DNA of 25,073 nucleotides from a virus (Duplodnaviria; Heunggongvirae; Uroviricota; Caudoviricetes): IMG/VR virus record IMGVR_UViG_2850784384_000008; one strand, 5' to 3'. Shown piece by piece: positions 11,380 to 21,310 of this stretch (position 1 is its first letter; each line of letters starts with the position of its first letter). The notes under the pieces were generated by a model. It saw only the letters and a program-made list of their open reading frames with translations, ran no database searches and was not told where the DNA came from. The position numbers and the translations under genes were made by a program.

Positions 11380-12277
11380 CGCACGCGCCCTTATTGCCCG
11401 GGGATGGGGAGTAAGCTTAGTCAGCCGTTGTCTCCGGGTGTCGCGTGCGCAGTTGCACGTCATTCTCAGACGAACCGATGACTGGATGGATGGCCGCCGC
11501 AGTCGTCACACTGATGATACGGATGTGCTTCTCCGTATACACCATGTTATCGGAGAGCTGCCCACGTATGGTTATCGTCGGGTATGGGCGCTGCTTCGCA
11601 GACAGGCAGAACTTGATGGTATGCCTGCGATCAATGCCAAACGTGTTTACCGGCTCATGCGCCAGAATGCGCTGTTGCTTGAGCGAAAACCTGCTGTACC
11701 GCCATCGAAACGGGCACATACAGGCAGAGTGGCCGTGAAAGAAAGCAATCAGCGATGGTGCTCTGACGGGTTCGAGTTCTGCTGTGATAACGGAGAGAGA
11801 CTGCGTGTCACGTTCGCGCTGGACTGCTGTGATCGTGAGGCACTGCACTGGGCGGTGACTACCGGCGGCTTCAACAGTGAAACAGTACAGGACGTCATGC
11901 TGGGAGCGGTGGAACGCCGCTTCGGCAACGATCTTCCGTCGTCTCCAGTGGAGTGGCTGACGGATAATGGTTCATGCTACCGGGCTAATGAAACACGCCA
12001 GTTCGCCCGGATGTTGGGACTTGAACCGAAGAACACGGCGGTGCGGAGTCCGGAGAGTAACGGAATAGCAGAGAGCTTCGTGAAAACGATAAAGCGTGAC
12101 TACATCAGTATCATGCCCAAACCAGACGGGTTAACGGCAGCAAAGAACCTTGCAGAGGCGTTCGAGCATTATAACGAATGGCATCCGCATAGTGCGCTGG
12201 GTTATCGCTCGCCACGGGAATATCTGCGGCAGCGGGCTTGTAATGGGTTAAGTGATAACAGATGTCTGGAAATATAG
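11372..12277 (+). CDS. insD: IS2 InsD (OrfB, DDE transposase domain); start assigned to the canonical GTG
   Basis: …[37 protein letters not shown]… through …[14 protein letters not shown]; the ORF track extends the frame upstream to an ATG at 11330 because of the 1-nt deletion. Confidence 0.8.
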
Positions 12278-13021
12278 GGGCAAATCCAGCAATCATCAAA
12301 CTGTCTTGGATAGAAGCCGCAGTGGATGCGCACAAAACGTTAAATTTCGAACCCAGTGGAAGAAAGCGTATTGGCTTTGACGTGGCTGACAGTGGTACAG
12401 ATAAGTGCGCTAACGTTTACCGTCACGGATCCGTTGTTTTCTGGGCCGACGAATGGAAGGCCAAAGAAGATGAATTACTGAAGAGCTGCCAGCGTACTTA
12501 TCAGGCGGCGCTGGAGCGTGAAGCAGATATTGTTTACGACTCTATCGGTGTTGGTGCGTCTGCCGGTGCTAAATTCTCTGAAATTAACGCTGACCGGAAG
12601 AGCGAGAACGCATACGCGCGACGTGTGAATTACCAGAGGTTTAACGCCGGTGCTGGTGTGCATGAGCCAGATGACGAGTACAACGGCATCCCCAACAAAG
12701 ACTTTTTCGCAAATCTTAAGGCTCAGGCATGGTGGCTGACCGTTTCAGAAATACGTTTAACGCCATTAACAACGGAGAACAGTATCCTGTGGATGAGCTG
12801 ATCAGCATAGATTCTCGTTGTCCGTTGCTTGAAAAGCTGAAACTGGAACTGACAACACCTCATCGTGATTTCGACCGTAACGGACGTGTGATGGTCGAAA
12901 GTAAAAAAGACCTCGCAAAACGCGAGATACCGTCACCAAACGTTGCTGATGCATTCATTATGGCCTTCGCGCCAATCGATACATCGCTGGATATCTGGGA
13001 ACAGCTGGGGAGACAGGCCTG

Positions 13022-14488
13022 ATGGCACGAAACAAACAAGCCCTGCGGCGAACTGTGCAGGCCACAGCTGATGGTTATGAGAATTTTATTGCCCGAGTAG
13101 GGATGCAGACACCTAACCAGCACTCAGCATCCACCTACCGGGCTAATTTCACCAGTCGTAACCGCATGCTGGTGGAATGGTCCTATCGTTCATCCTGGAT
13201 CATCGGCGAAGCAGTCGATGCTATCCCGGATGATATGACCCGCAAAGGCATTCGCATCACTTCGGAAATTGATGCAAAAGATCGTGGCATTCTCGAATCA
13301 CAACTGGATGAGTTGCAAATCTGGGATGCGCTGAATGACGTGCTGAAATGGTCGCGCCTCTACGGCGGCGCGGTGGGTTTCATCATGATTGAGGGGCAGG
13401 CACCAATGACCCCGCTGCGACCCGAAACCATCGGTAAGGGCAAGTTTAAGGGGATTCTCCCGCTCGACCGCTGGATGGTCGACCCGGCACTGACCCGCCG
13501 CATTAAAGATATGGGGCCGGACCTGGGTAAACCTGAGTTTTACGATGTGGTGACCACAGCAACGGGAATTCCTGCCTGGCGCATTCATCACAGTCGCCTG
13601 ATTCGCTTTGATGGCGTCACGTTGCCATTTCAGCAGAAGATGACCGAGAACGAATGGGGAATGTCGGTTGTAGAGCGTATCTGGGATCGTCTTACCGCGT
13701 TCGACAGCGCTACTGTCGGCGCGGCGCAGCTGGTCTACAAGGCGCATTTGCGTACCTACAGCGTGGAGAAGCTACGCGAGCTTATCGCACTTGGTGGTCC
13801 TGCGTATGAAGCGTTGCTGAAGAATATCGACCTGATTCGACAGTTCCAGAGTAATGAAGGCATGACGCTCATGGACTCGCGGGATAAGTTTGAAACCCAT
13901 CAGTACAGCTTCAGTGGTCTGGATGACATCCTTTCGCAGTTTGCAGAACAGATTAGTGGCGCTGTTGGTATCCCACTGGTGCGGTTGTTCGGACAGTCCC
14001 CGAAAGGATTTTCTACCGGTGATGCAGACCTTGCCAACTATTACGATCGCATCAGTTCGTTGCAGGAGAGGCGTTTACGTCTTCCGGTGCGGCGGATACT
14101 GGACATCATGCATCGTTCGGAACTTGGCAAGCCGCTGCCGGACGATTTCACGTTTGAGTTTAACCCGCTCTGGCAAATGTCTGATGTCGATCGCTCAACG
14201 GTGGCGTTAAACACCACCAACGCAATCAGTACGGCGCTGGGTGATGGTCTGATGACACTGAAAGCCGCTATGACTGATTTGCGAGAAAATTCTGACGTAA
14301 CCGGCATAGGGGCATCCATTACCAACGAGGACATCGAGAATGCCGAAGATGAAGCGCCGCCCGGCATCGGCGAACCTGATGACGAACCGCAGGAGCCGTC
14401 AGGCGGAAATCCGGTATCGAACCAGCCTACGCAGGATAGCGAGGGCGGTCGGAGACATCGTAAATGGTCGCTACGATGGTTCAAATGA
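13022..14488 (+). CDS. phage portal protein (family not assignable without a profile search)
   Basis: 488-aa ORF immediately after terL with TGATG stop/start overlap; size, position and acidic C-terminal tail fit a portal protein. Confidence 0.6.
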   Translation: MARNKQALRRTVQATADGYENFIARVGMQTPNQHSASTYRANFTSRNRMLVEWSYRSSWIIGEAVDAIPDDMTRKGIRITSEIDAKDRGILESQLDELQIWDALNDVLKWSRLYGGAVGFIMIEGQAPMTPLRPETIGKGKFKGILPLDRWMVDPALTRRIKDMGPDLGKPEFYDVVTTATGIPAWRIHHSRLIRFDGVTLPFQQKMTENEWGMSVVERIWDRLTAFDSATVGAAQLVYKAHLRTYSVEKLRELIALGGPAYEALLKNIDLIRQFQSNEGMTLMDSRDKFETHQYSFSGLDDILSQFAEQISGAVGIPLVRLFGQSPKGFSTGDADLANYYDRISSLQERRLRLPVRRILDIMHRSELGKPLPDDFTFEFNPLWQMSDVDRSTVALNTTNAISTALGDGLMTLKAAMTDLRENSDVTGIGASITNEDIENAEDEAPPGIGEPDDEPQEPSGGNPVSNQPTQDSEGGRRHRKWSLRWFK

Positions 14489-15122
14489 CAGTATCACGGA
14501 AATTATTGCGGCGCTGGAGCGTTACAGTGAAATCATCACCCCCTGGGCGACAAAGGTCGCGGAAAACTTTACTGCGGACCTAACCCGGCAGAACGAGAAA
14601 GTTTGGCGGCAACACAGCAAGAACATCAGTCGCGAGCTCCGCAATCTTGTGGAAAGCGCTCCTGTGGGCCAGGTGATGCAATCCATCATCGCCGAACAGG
14701 TCAAGTACATCAAATCTCTGCCTCTCGAGGCCGCAGACAGGGTGTACGACATCCAGAACAAAGCGATAGAGGCTGTTGTCACCGGTGGTCGGGCGGAGCA
14801 GTTTGCTAAAGAGATTGCATCTACCGGCGATGTTGCTAAGTCTAGGGCCGATCTGATTGCCCGAACGGAACTGGGAAGAGCAACGGGCGCGCTGGATATG
14901 GCCCGAGCGATAGCTATTGGCTCGGATGGTTATATTTGGCGTACAGCCGATGATGGCGATGTCCGAGATTCCCACGATCACATGAAAGGTAAATTCGTCC
15001 GCTGGGATTCACCTCCAACTTTGGACGGCATGACCGGCCACGCGGGCGAGCTGCCAAACTGCCGCTGCTATAAAGAGATCGTGTTTGTTCGCGTTCCATT
15101 CGCAATGAAAAGGGCAGCATAA
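14340..15122 (+). CDS. head morphogenesis protein (Mu F / SPP1 gp7-like); start uncertain (14340 or 14379), overlaps portal 3' end
   Basis: Basic N-terminus and C-terminal motif …WRTADDGDVRDSHDHMKGKFVRWDSPPTLDGMTGHAGELPNCRCY… typical of Mu-F-like minor head proteins as I recall the family; GAGGA about 8 nt upstream of ATG 14340. Confidence 0.65.
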   Translation: MPKMKRRPASANLMTNRRSRQAEIRYRTSLRRIARAVGDIVNGRYDGSNDSITEIIAALERYSEIITPWATKVAENFTADLTRQNEKVWRQHSKNISRELRNLVESAPVGQVMQSIIAEQVKYIKSLPLEAADRVYDIQNKAIEAVVTGGRAEQFAKEIASTGDVAKSRADLIARTELGRATGALDMARAIAIGSDGYIWRTADDGDVRDSHDHMKGKFVRWDSPPTLDGMTGHAGELPNCRCYKEIVFVRVPFAMKRAA

Positions 15123-15125
15123 CCC

Positions 15126-16346
15126 ATGAAATACTTTTTTGAGACCAGGCTCGGGGAAACCCGATACCGCCTGGCTGACGGCTCGTTGCTGTGCAAAGAC
15201 GTGCCGATAGGACGAACAGGTAAGCAGCTCTATGGTGCTGATGACCTGCCAAAACTGAAACCCGATAAGTTCGTTGAAATAGTCGTCACGCGTTCTCCTG
15301 AGCAGGTATTCCATCCGGCCACGCTTGCCTCATTCGAAGGGATGAGCATCACGATCCTGCATCCTGAAGATGAAAACGGGAATGTGCGGCTGGTAAATCC
15401 CGAGAACTGGAAAGTGCTTGCTGTCGGGCACCTCCAGAATGTCCGGCGCGGGACGGGTGAGCAGTCTGATTTGATGCTGGCTGACCTTATCGTCAAAGAC
15501 GAAAGCGCCATTCAGCTTATCGAAGATGGCCTGCGCGAAGTGTCGTGCGGCTATGACGCGGAGTACGAGCAGACCGAGCCATGTAAAGCCGAGCAGGTCG
15601 ATATTACCGGAAACCATGTGGCTCTTGTCCCTAAAGGCAGAGCCGGAAATCGTTGTGCAATTGGAGACAGAGACACAATGGCAAATCAAAAGAAAAACTG
15701 GTGGAACCGCATGCGTGCGGCCATCAAGACAGGAGATGCCGACACCATGAACGAACTGGTGGAGTCGGCTCCCGCATCGGTTACAGGAGATGAGGGGGAT
15801 TTGCCGCAGGGCGTTAATCTCAACATCAACCTGTCCCCGCAGCAACCACTACCGGACAAAGCACCAGAGATGGGCGGAGATCCAACCGGCGACAGTGATG
15901 ATGACCTCAAAACATTACTGAAAGCCCTGCTGGCTAAGCTGGAAAGAAATGCCACGGGCGATAACGATAATAAGCCTGACGATAATCCGACCGGTGACGG
16001 CGAGGACGATGAAGAGGAAACCACGATTACTGGTGACTCAGCCTGGCGTGCCGAAGTTATCGTTCCGGGTATCGATCTGAGCCGTAAGATGAAACCGACC
16101 GCGTTCAAACGCGAGGTTCTGGCTTCTGCTGACAAAACGCTGGTTCGCCAGATAGTCGGTGATGCGGATATCCGCAAATTACCGAAACAATCGGTCGACA
16201 TGGCGTTTAATGCCGTGTCTGAGGTTGCCAAAGGGCGAAACACCCGCGCCACCACCGGCGATGCACAGCGCCTAAACATGGGCATGACCAGTATCGCTTC
16301 CCTGAACAAACAAAACGCTGAATTCTGGGCAAACCGTAAAGGGTAA
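15126..16346 (+). CDS. putative head scaffolding / maturation protein (globular N-domain, acidic linker, helical C-domain)
   Basis: 406 aa; highly acidic low-complexity segment (…TGDSDDDLKTLLKALLAKLERNATGDNDNKPDDNPTGDGEDDEEE…); sits between the head morphogenesis and capsid genes. Confidence 0.5.
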   Translation: MKYFFETRLGETRYRLADGSLLCKDVPIGRTGKQLYGADDLPKLKPDKFVEIVVTRSPEQVFHPATLASFEGMSITILHPEDENGNVRLVNPENWKVLAVGHLQNVRRGTGEQSDLMLADLIVKDESAIQLIEDGLREVSCGYDAEYEQTEPCKAEQVDITGNHVALVPKGRAGNRCAIGDRDTMANQKKNWWNRMRAAIKTGDADTMNELVESAPASVTGDEGDLPQGVNLNINLSPQQPLPDKAPEMGGDPTGDSDDDLKTLLKALLAKLERNATGDNDNKPDDNPTGDGEDDEEETTITGDSAWRAEVIVPGIDLSRKMKPTAFKREVLASADKTLVRQIVGDADIRKLPKQSVDMAFNAVSEVAKGRNTRATTGDAQRLNMGMTSIASLNKQNAEFWANRKG

Positions 16347-16349
16347 AAA

Positions 16350-16706
16350 ATGAATAATGTATTTCTGTACCGGATGCCTGTTGGCATTGCCGGGGCTGTC
16401 TCTCGCCCGCAGGACTTAACCGTCGAACCGGTGGTCCTTAAATCCGATAACGCCTTCGCTGCCTATGGCCTGGCTGGTAAATACGATGATGACGGTTTTT
16501 TCGTGCCGCTGGCAGATGGTGATACCGCAGACAAGGTGAAGGGGATCTACGTGCGCCCTTATCCGACCACGTCGCAGCCGGACATGGTTCGCCAGGTGGG
16601 AACAGGCAAGAACTTCCCGGGCGACGCCATGAAGCGTGGCTACGTGACCGTTAATCTCGGTTCTGATTTTGATGCCAGCACTATCAAAAAAGGCGATCTC
16701 CACTGA
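16350..16706 (+). CDS. small phage head-associated protein of unknown function; possible +1-frame C-terminal extension to 16838
   Basis: 118-aa ORF tightly coupled to the upstream gene (4-nt gap), ends just after an A6G run at 16686-16692; a further 44 sense-looking codons are open in the +1 frame (16705-16838). Confidence 0.45.
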   Translation: MNNVFLYRMPVGIAGAVSRPQDLTVEPVVLKSDNAFAAYGLAGKYDDDGFFVPLADGDTADKVKGIYVRPYPTTSQPDMVRQVGTGKNFPGDAMKRGYVTVNLGSDFDASTIKKGDLH

Positions 16707-16850
16707 TGAATCCATCAAAGTGCCTCTGGGTGGATTCATGTCCACGTCAGTCAGTGGCAAAAACGTGGTGCTGACCAACGCTGAATTCACAGGTGCCGGT
16801 GATGCTGACGGCAATGCAGAAATTTCCTGGAAGATTTAAGGAACAGACGA

Positions 16851-17792
16851 ATGATTACTTTTGATCAGGCAACCGTTGACAGCTCTGGTGCCTTTCTCAT
16901 CGGGGAGCTGGAGAGACTCGACCAGACGCTGAACCTGCCACTGGTGGGGTACACCTGGAGCCGCGATATTCAACTGCGTGAAGACGCCTCCATCGCAGAT
17001 GACATTTCCAGCTGGACGAATACCAGCTTCGCCGCTGCGGGTACTGGCGCAAATCCGAATGGAAAAAACTGGGTAGGCAAAGACTCAACCGCTATTGCTG
17101 GCGTGAACGTGGATATCGGCAAATCCGGTAACCCGCTGAACCTGTGGGGGATGGAACTTGGCTGGACGGTCATAGAATTGCAGGCTGCTCAGCAGGTCGG
17201 CCGCCCGATTGATACGCAGAAGTATGACGGTATGCAACTGAAATGGCAGATGGATAACGATGAACAGGTATATGTTGGCGATTCCGCATTAAACCTGAAA
17301 GGCCTTGTTACCCTGGACGGCGTGCCTGTCAACAACGCTGCCAAAACGTGGGCAACCTCAACACCGGACGAAATCCGCGCAAGCATTAACCAGGTGCTGT
17401 CTGATGCGTGGGCCGCTTCTGGTTACTCTGTGGTTCCGCGTGATTTGCTGATCCCGCCTGAGCAGTTTGCTCTGTTGTCCAGCATCATCGTTTCATCTGC
17501 AGGTAACCAGTCCCTGTTGACGAACCTTCAGACCAACACCATCAGCTATCACCAGAACGGTGTTCCGCTGAATATCCGCGCGGTTAAATGGCTGAAAGGC
17601 CGTGGTGTGGGGAATAAGGATCGCATGGTTGCGTACACCAACGATAAAAAATACGTCCGCTACCCGCTGGTTCCGCTTCAGAGCGTGCCGGTGCAGTATC
17701 GCGGTCTGTATCAGATCGTCACTTACTACGGCAAGCTGGGTGCAGTCGAGCCAGTGTACAAAGAAACCATTTCGTACGTTGATGGCATTTAA
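16851..17792 (+). CDS. major capsid protein (putative)
   Basis: 313-aa ORF with RBS AAGGAACAGACGA-ATG, downstream of the scaffold-like gene; size and position fit; family not verified. Confidence 0.6.
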   Translation: MITFDQATVDSSGAFLIGELERLDQTLNLPLVGYTWSRDIQLREDASIADDISSWTNTSFAAAGTGANPNGKNWVGKDSTAIAGVNVDIGKSGNPLNLWGMELGWTVIELQAAQQVGRPIDTQKYDGMQLKWQMDNDEQVYVGDSALNLKGLVTLDGVPVNNAAKTWATSTPDEIRASINQVLSDAWAASGYSVVPRDLLIPPEQFALLSSIIVSSAGNQSLLTNLQTNTISYHQNGVPLNIRAVKWLKGRGVGNKDRMVAYTNDKKYVRYPLVPLQSVPVQYRGLYQIVTYYGKLGAVEPVYKETISYVDGI

Positions 17793-17800
17793 CAGCCACA

Positions 17801-17819
17801 TGGCCCCCTGGCGGGGCCA
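17801..17819 (+). other. GC-rich stem-loop after the capsid gene (TGGCCCC-CTGGC-GGGGCCA), no U-tract
   Basis: 7-bp perfect inverted repeat with 5-nt loop 9 nt after the capsid stop; lacks a T-run so probably an attenuator or mRNA-stabilising hairpin rather than a strong terminator. Confidence 0.4.
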
Positions 17820-17833
17820 TTAAGGATGACCCG

Positions 17834-18032
17834 ATGGCAAAAAATGATGCAGTAATACACGTACATACCCCGTTTGTGCTCACGCTTCCCGACGGTTCTC
17901 GGCGCGAGTTTGTTAAAGGCCGTCATGTTGTGGAGGAAGACGTTGCCACGCACTGGTTCACTCGTGCGCACGCGGAAGTATCCGTTGGCAAAGCCACAGA
18001 CGCGCGTAACGAGGTAAAAAATGCCAAAGAAT
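17834..18032 (+). pseudogene. phage structural-module ORF of unknown function, 3' end cut off by IS600-like copy C
   Basis: MAKNDAVIHVHTPFVLTLPDGSRREFVKGRHVVEEDVATHWFTRAHAEVSVGKATDARNEVKNAKEL then the frame runs into the IS end at 18033; RBS AAGGATGA upstream. Confidence 0.45.
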
Positions 18033-18075
18033 TGAGGTGTACTGGCAATAGCGGACACTACCATTTGTTCTTTTT

Positions 18076-18894
18076 TTAAGCAGCCATCTGATGATATTTT
18101 TCCCTGAAGGCTGCCGGGGAGATATTCCCCAGACGAGAGTGACGACGCTGACGATTGTAGAAAATCTCAATGTATTCCCGTATTACTGAGATGGCTTCAT
18201 CCCGGTTATTAAAACGATAGTGGCTCAGGCTCTCATTTTTCAGCGTTCCCCAGAAGCTTTCCATCGGAGCGTTGTCGTAACAGTTACCTTTACGCGACAT
18301 TGATGTTTTCAGACCAGACTGCTCCTGTATGACCCGGTAATCGTATGCGCAGTACTGTGAACCTCGATCAGAGTGGTGGATTAGCCCGGCAGGTGGGCGC
18401 TGGCTCCTGAGCGCCATAAACAGGGCTTTACCTGTCAGCTCTTTTGTCATGCGCTCTCCCATGGCGTAGCCGACAATTTCGCACGTATAAACATCTTTGA
18501 TGCCAGCGAGGTACAACCATCCCTCCTGTGTGGCAACATACGTCAGGTCCGCCACCCAGACCTGATTTGGTGCTGTAGGAGCGAACGTCTGGTTCAGCAG
18601 ATTTGGCGCAACTGGCAGATTGTGGTTCGGGTTCGTAGTCGCTCTGAACTTGCGTTTCTGCTTACAGCGTAGCCTCAGCTCCTTACGAAGACATGCCAGT
18701 CGGTCACGACCAACGATGATGCCATTCTCTGCCAGCTCCGTCTGGAGCCGCCGGGTTCCATATGTTTCGCGAGTGCGGATATGTGCCACCTTAATCTCCA
18801 GTTTTAGCCGCTCATCACTTTGTTTTCTGTCTGAGGGTTCATGCTGTACCCAGTTGTAATAACCGCTCCTGGATACACCAAATACCTGACACAT
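18076..18894 (-). CDS. IS3-family transposase OrfB (DDE domain)
   Basis: 272 aa, full length; differs from copy B at a few residues. Confidence 0.85.
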   Translation of the reverse strand: MCQVFGVSRSGYYNWVQHEPSDRKQSDERLKLEIKVAHIRTRETYGTRRLQTELAENGIIVGRDRLACLRKELRLRCKQKRKFRATTNPNHNLPVAPNLLNQTFAPTAPNQVWVADLTYVATQEGWLYLAGIKDVYTCEIVGYAMGERMTKELTGKALFMALRSQRPPAGLIHHSDRGSQYCAYDYRVIQEQSGLKTSMSRKGNCYDNAPMESFWGTLKNESLSHYRFNNRDEAISVIREYIEIFYNRQRRHSRLGNISPAAFREKYHQMAA

Positions 18895-18929
18895 CGCTTC
18901 AATGGGAAATTGTTGTCGCCATTGTTCGA

Positions 18930-19232
18930 TTAACGCGTATTTTTCAGCGACTCCTGTGCAAAATACGCTGTTGCTTTTTTTAATATATCGCGCTCAAGGC
19001 GAGCTTCATTTAACGCCTTACGCAGTTGCAGAATTTCAGATTCCAGTTCAGCCACCGTGCGGGAACCAGGAGTACCGAGCCCTTTTCTGGCGGCGGTAAC
19101 CCATTGTCCTAAAGTGCCTTCAGGAAGGGATAATCGGGAAGCGCCTTCACTGATCGAAAGTTGATTTTCAAGAACCGTTCTGACAGCTTCGGCTTTGAAC
19201 TCTTTAGAGTAACGTTGGGTTTTTCTGCTCAT
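18930..19232 (-). CDS. IS3-family transposase OrfA
   Basis: 100-aa ORF, near-identical to the other copies. Confidence 0.85.
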   Translation of the reverse strand: MSRKTQRYSKEFKAEAVRTVLENQLSISEGASRLSLPEGTLGQWVTAARKGLGTPGSRTVAELESEILQLRKALNEARLERDILKKATAYFAQESLKNTR

Positions 19233-19293
19233 TATTAGCTCCTTCTGATGCCATTCTATTTCAGGAAGGAGTGTCCGTTAAACTCAGGCTATC

Positions 19294-20928
19294 TCAATAA
19301 ACCGTGCTGTGTAACTGCTGTGGATCAAATCTGACCACAACTTTTTTCACTCCGGCATTCATTAATGCCATGTTGTAATAAACGTTTTTCGCGCCTTTAA
19401 GGGAGCCGCCAACTTTAAGCGTAAACTCGCCTTTGCGTGAAACGTTCACCGCCTCGGCAGGCAGTAACAGCATCCGTTTTTGTTCTTCGGTTGGCTTACG
19501 CACAATCGTTCTGGCGTATTCACGCTCGAAAACATCATCAAACGAGAGTTTGCCCCCGCACATTTCTGTTTCACGGCCTGTTCTGGCATTGAACATCGCC
19601 ACACCTTCGGCAAAGGTTTTCAGAAACAGCTCTGCATCAACAGCGTGGTCGCCATAGTTATCAGGTTTTGCCTGCGGATTTGGCCCCGTATATGCGCCAG
19701 CCAGTGCCGGATGCTTATCAACGTATTCCTCAAGCCCACCAACACCGAAAGCACGTTCAACAGGTTTTGCCTGGCCCCAGCCTTTACCGGCAACAACGCT
19801 TGTCCAGTGCATTTTCGCACCCATCAGTAAAAACAGTCCTTTTGGATCGTCCTCTTTTACCTTAAAGCGGTAGCGATTGGGCGCGCCTCCCGTCAGCCAT
19901 TTATTCGCAGCACCACGGGTGTTATCAATGGTGATGTGAAAATCCTCCGGGATACTGTAGCGAGTCACAACATCCATGAACGAGAGGCGAATTGAATCAA
20001 TGTTCTCGCTCACATCGCAGCGCCAGCCCAGAATTTTTCGGGTTTTCACATCCTGCCAGAACCATGTTTTCGGACGGATCACATCACCGTTAAACCAGCG
20101 TACAAAGACGTTATGCAGATAACCGTCGCCGTTGATCCACTGCATGGCGTCCAGGTGTTCCACAGTTCGCTGCTGTGCCGGTATCAGATGCATCAGTGCA
20201 TGTTCACCTTCACGACAGGCAACAACCATTGCCTCGTCCAGTTGCTGAATCCGGCGAAAGGCCGTGGCACGGGAGGGAATACTCCAGCCATGCTCGCGGG
20301 CTGCCAGTTCCAGACGCTCATAACATTTGCGGAAGGCGGGTTTTTCCGGTCGCAGATAATCTGCAATCAGAAACTGCCAGGCATCCTCGTCAAATTCACT
20401 TTTGTGAACATTGCGACGGGATGCTCCACGTCCATCAACAAGTGCAGCCGCCCAGTCAGGCTTCGCAAACTTCTGTACCTGGTAATACTTGTCCCGCAAA
20501 GTGGATGCGCTGACCTGGTAATGCCCTGCAACGGTCGCAAAAGCCGTTTTCGTTGAAATCCCCTGGTTCAGCATTTCGTCTGTGGCCTGAATTGAGGGCA
20601 ACCATTTTTCAGCCAGGCTGCGCTGGGAATCGCTGGCTTTATCCCATTTGCTCCATAGTGCCTCACGATCATAATCATGAGCTTCCAGCGTGGGGCGGGC
20701 GATTTCAAAACATCCCTGACTGGTTTTAAATTTTCCTTGTTGGAGCAAAACTTCAGCTCGAGCAATGTTAGGAAGAGAAGATATATGGTATTCGTAAGCA
20801 ACCCCTCTAATTCCTTCTCTTCTTCTCTTGAGCCATCCTTCTCTCTGAGCTCTTTTGTGAACCCCCATTAATGAACCAGGTAAACCAGATAAACCCATGC
20901 ATTCAATTGCTGATATCCACTCTCTCAT
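19294..20928 (-). pseudogene. A: Mu-type transposase A, C-terminally truncated at residue 544 by IS600-like copy C (stop supplied by the IS end)
   Basis: Long stretch …[38 protein letters not shown]…[47 protein letters not shown]…[15 protein letters not shown] that I recognise as near-identical to phage Mu MuA from residue ~75 on; N-terminal 70 aa diverge. Confidence 0.85.
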
Positions 20929-21157
20929 TGTGATCCCTTAGATATCTACTAGGCCAAATTTCCTCAGGTTTCATGTTTAAGGCGTCAGCAATAATGCGTT
21001 CACCTTTAGGCCATGGCCTGACTAATGCATTTGCAAGCGTCCCGGTTGAATAACCTGAACGTCTGGACAATTTTGCCAGAGGGGTTCCTGTTTTTTTGAG
21101 GGCCGCAATCACGTCGGCCCGATGCCAATCGTTACTCATCTTTCGCACACCAACCAT
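20903..21157 (-). CDS. ner: Ner-like DNA-binding regulator (Mu early-region negative regulator); true start possibly at 21139
   Basis: …[63 protein letters not shown]… matches the Ner/Nlp family signature from memory; located immediately upstream of A. Confidence 0.75.
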
Positions 21158-21310
21158 ATTGCGTATGATAAAGGGTTACCAAAACAAATAATTCGTCTTG
21201 ATTATCTGTTTTATACATTACCAAATAAACAAAACCGGTTTATATCAGTTAATGTGATTTATTTTGTAATCCATTGATTTTTATATAGATAAATCTGGTA
21301 AACTTAGTTT
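21158..21310. promoter_or_regulatory. divergent early control region between ner and repressor c (candidate operators and promoters)
   Basis: AT-rich 150-bp spacer between divergently transcribed regulators; direct repeats TTACCAAA…CAAA at 21176-21191 and 21218-21236. Confidence 0.45.

Larger units (their letters stand above)
10959..12288 (+). mobile_element. IS2 (IS3 family), 1330 bp, flanked by 5-bp direct repeat GCAAT
   Basis: Ends TAGACTGGCCCCCTGAATCTCCAGACAACC... and ...TGGAAATATAGGGGCAAATCCA; GCAAT at 10954-10958 and 12289-12293; insC/insD ORFs. Confidence 0.9.
10267..13022 (+). pseudogene. terminase large subunit, disrupted by IS2 insertion (10959-12288) and by a frameshift near 12730-12740; start ambiguous (10267, 10273 or 10291)
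   Basis: N-terminal part …KVLYGGRSSSKSWDAAGIAIFLSNKYTLRFCCARQIQNKIEESV… (Walker-A-like GGRSSSKS), …MLWLEEAH… (Walker-B-like); after IS2 the frame resumes exactly across the GCAAT duplication; C-terminal nuclease-like part switches from frame 1 to frame 0 in the 12729-12801 overlap. Confidence 0.8.
18033..19296 (-). mobile_element. IS600-like insertion sequence (IS3 family), copy C, 1264 bp; no matching flanking duplication (AAT left, ATA right)
   Basis: Ends TGAGGTGTACTGGCAATAGCGGACAC... at 18033 and ...GTGTCCGTTAAACTCAGGCTATCTCA ending 19296. Confidence 0.9.

Noticed and set aside
13298-16387. Multiple minus-strand ORFs of 93-233 aa overlapping portal, head morphogenesis and scaffold genes (e.g. 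13298-13747, 14041-14484, 14580-14981, 15330-15845, 15686-16387)
   Set aside because: All are antisense to strongly supported phage structural genes in a GC-rich region, have low-complexity Ser/Arg/Pro-rich translations and lack RBS; typical spurious antisense frames.
19433-20556. Plus-strand ORFs inside the transposase A gene (19480-19830, 20113-20556, 20175-20513)
   Set aside because: Antisense to the MuA reading frame, which is supported by a long unambiguous match; no independent coding evidence.
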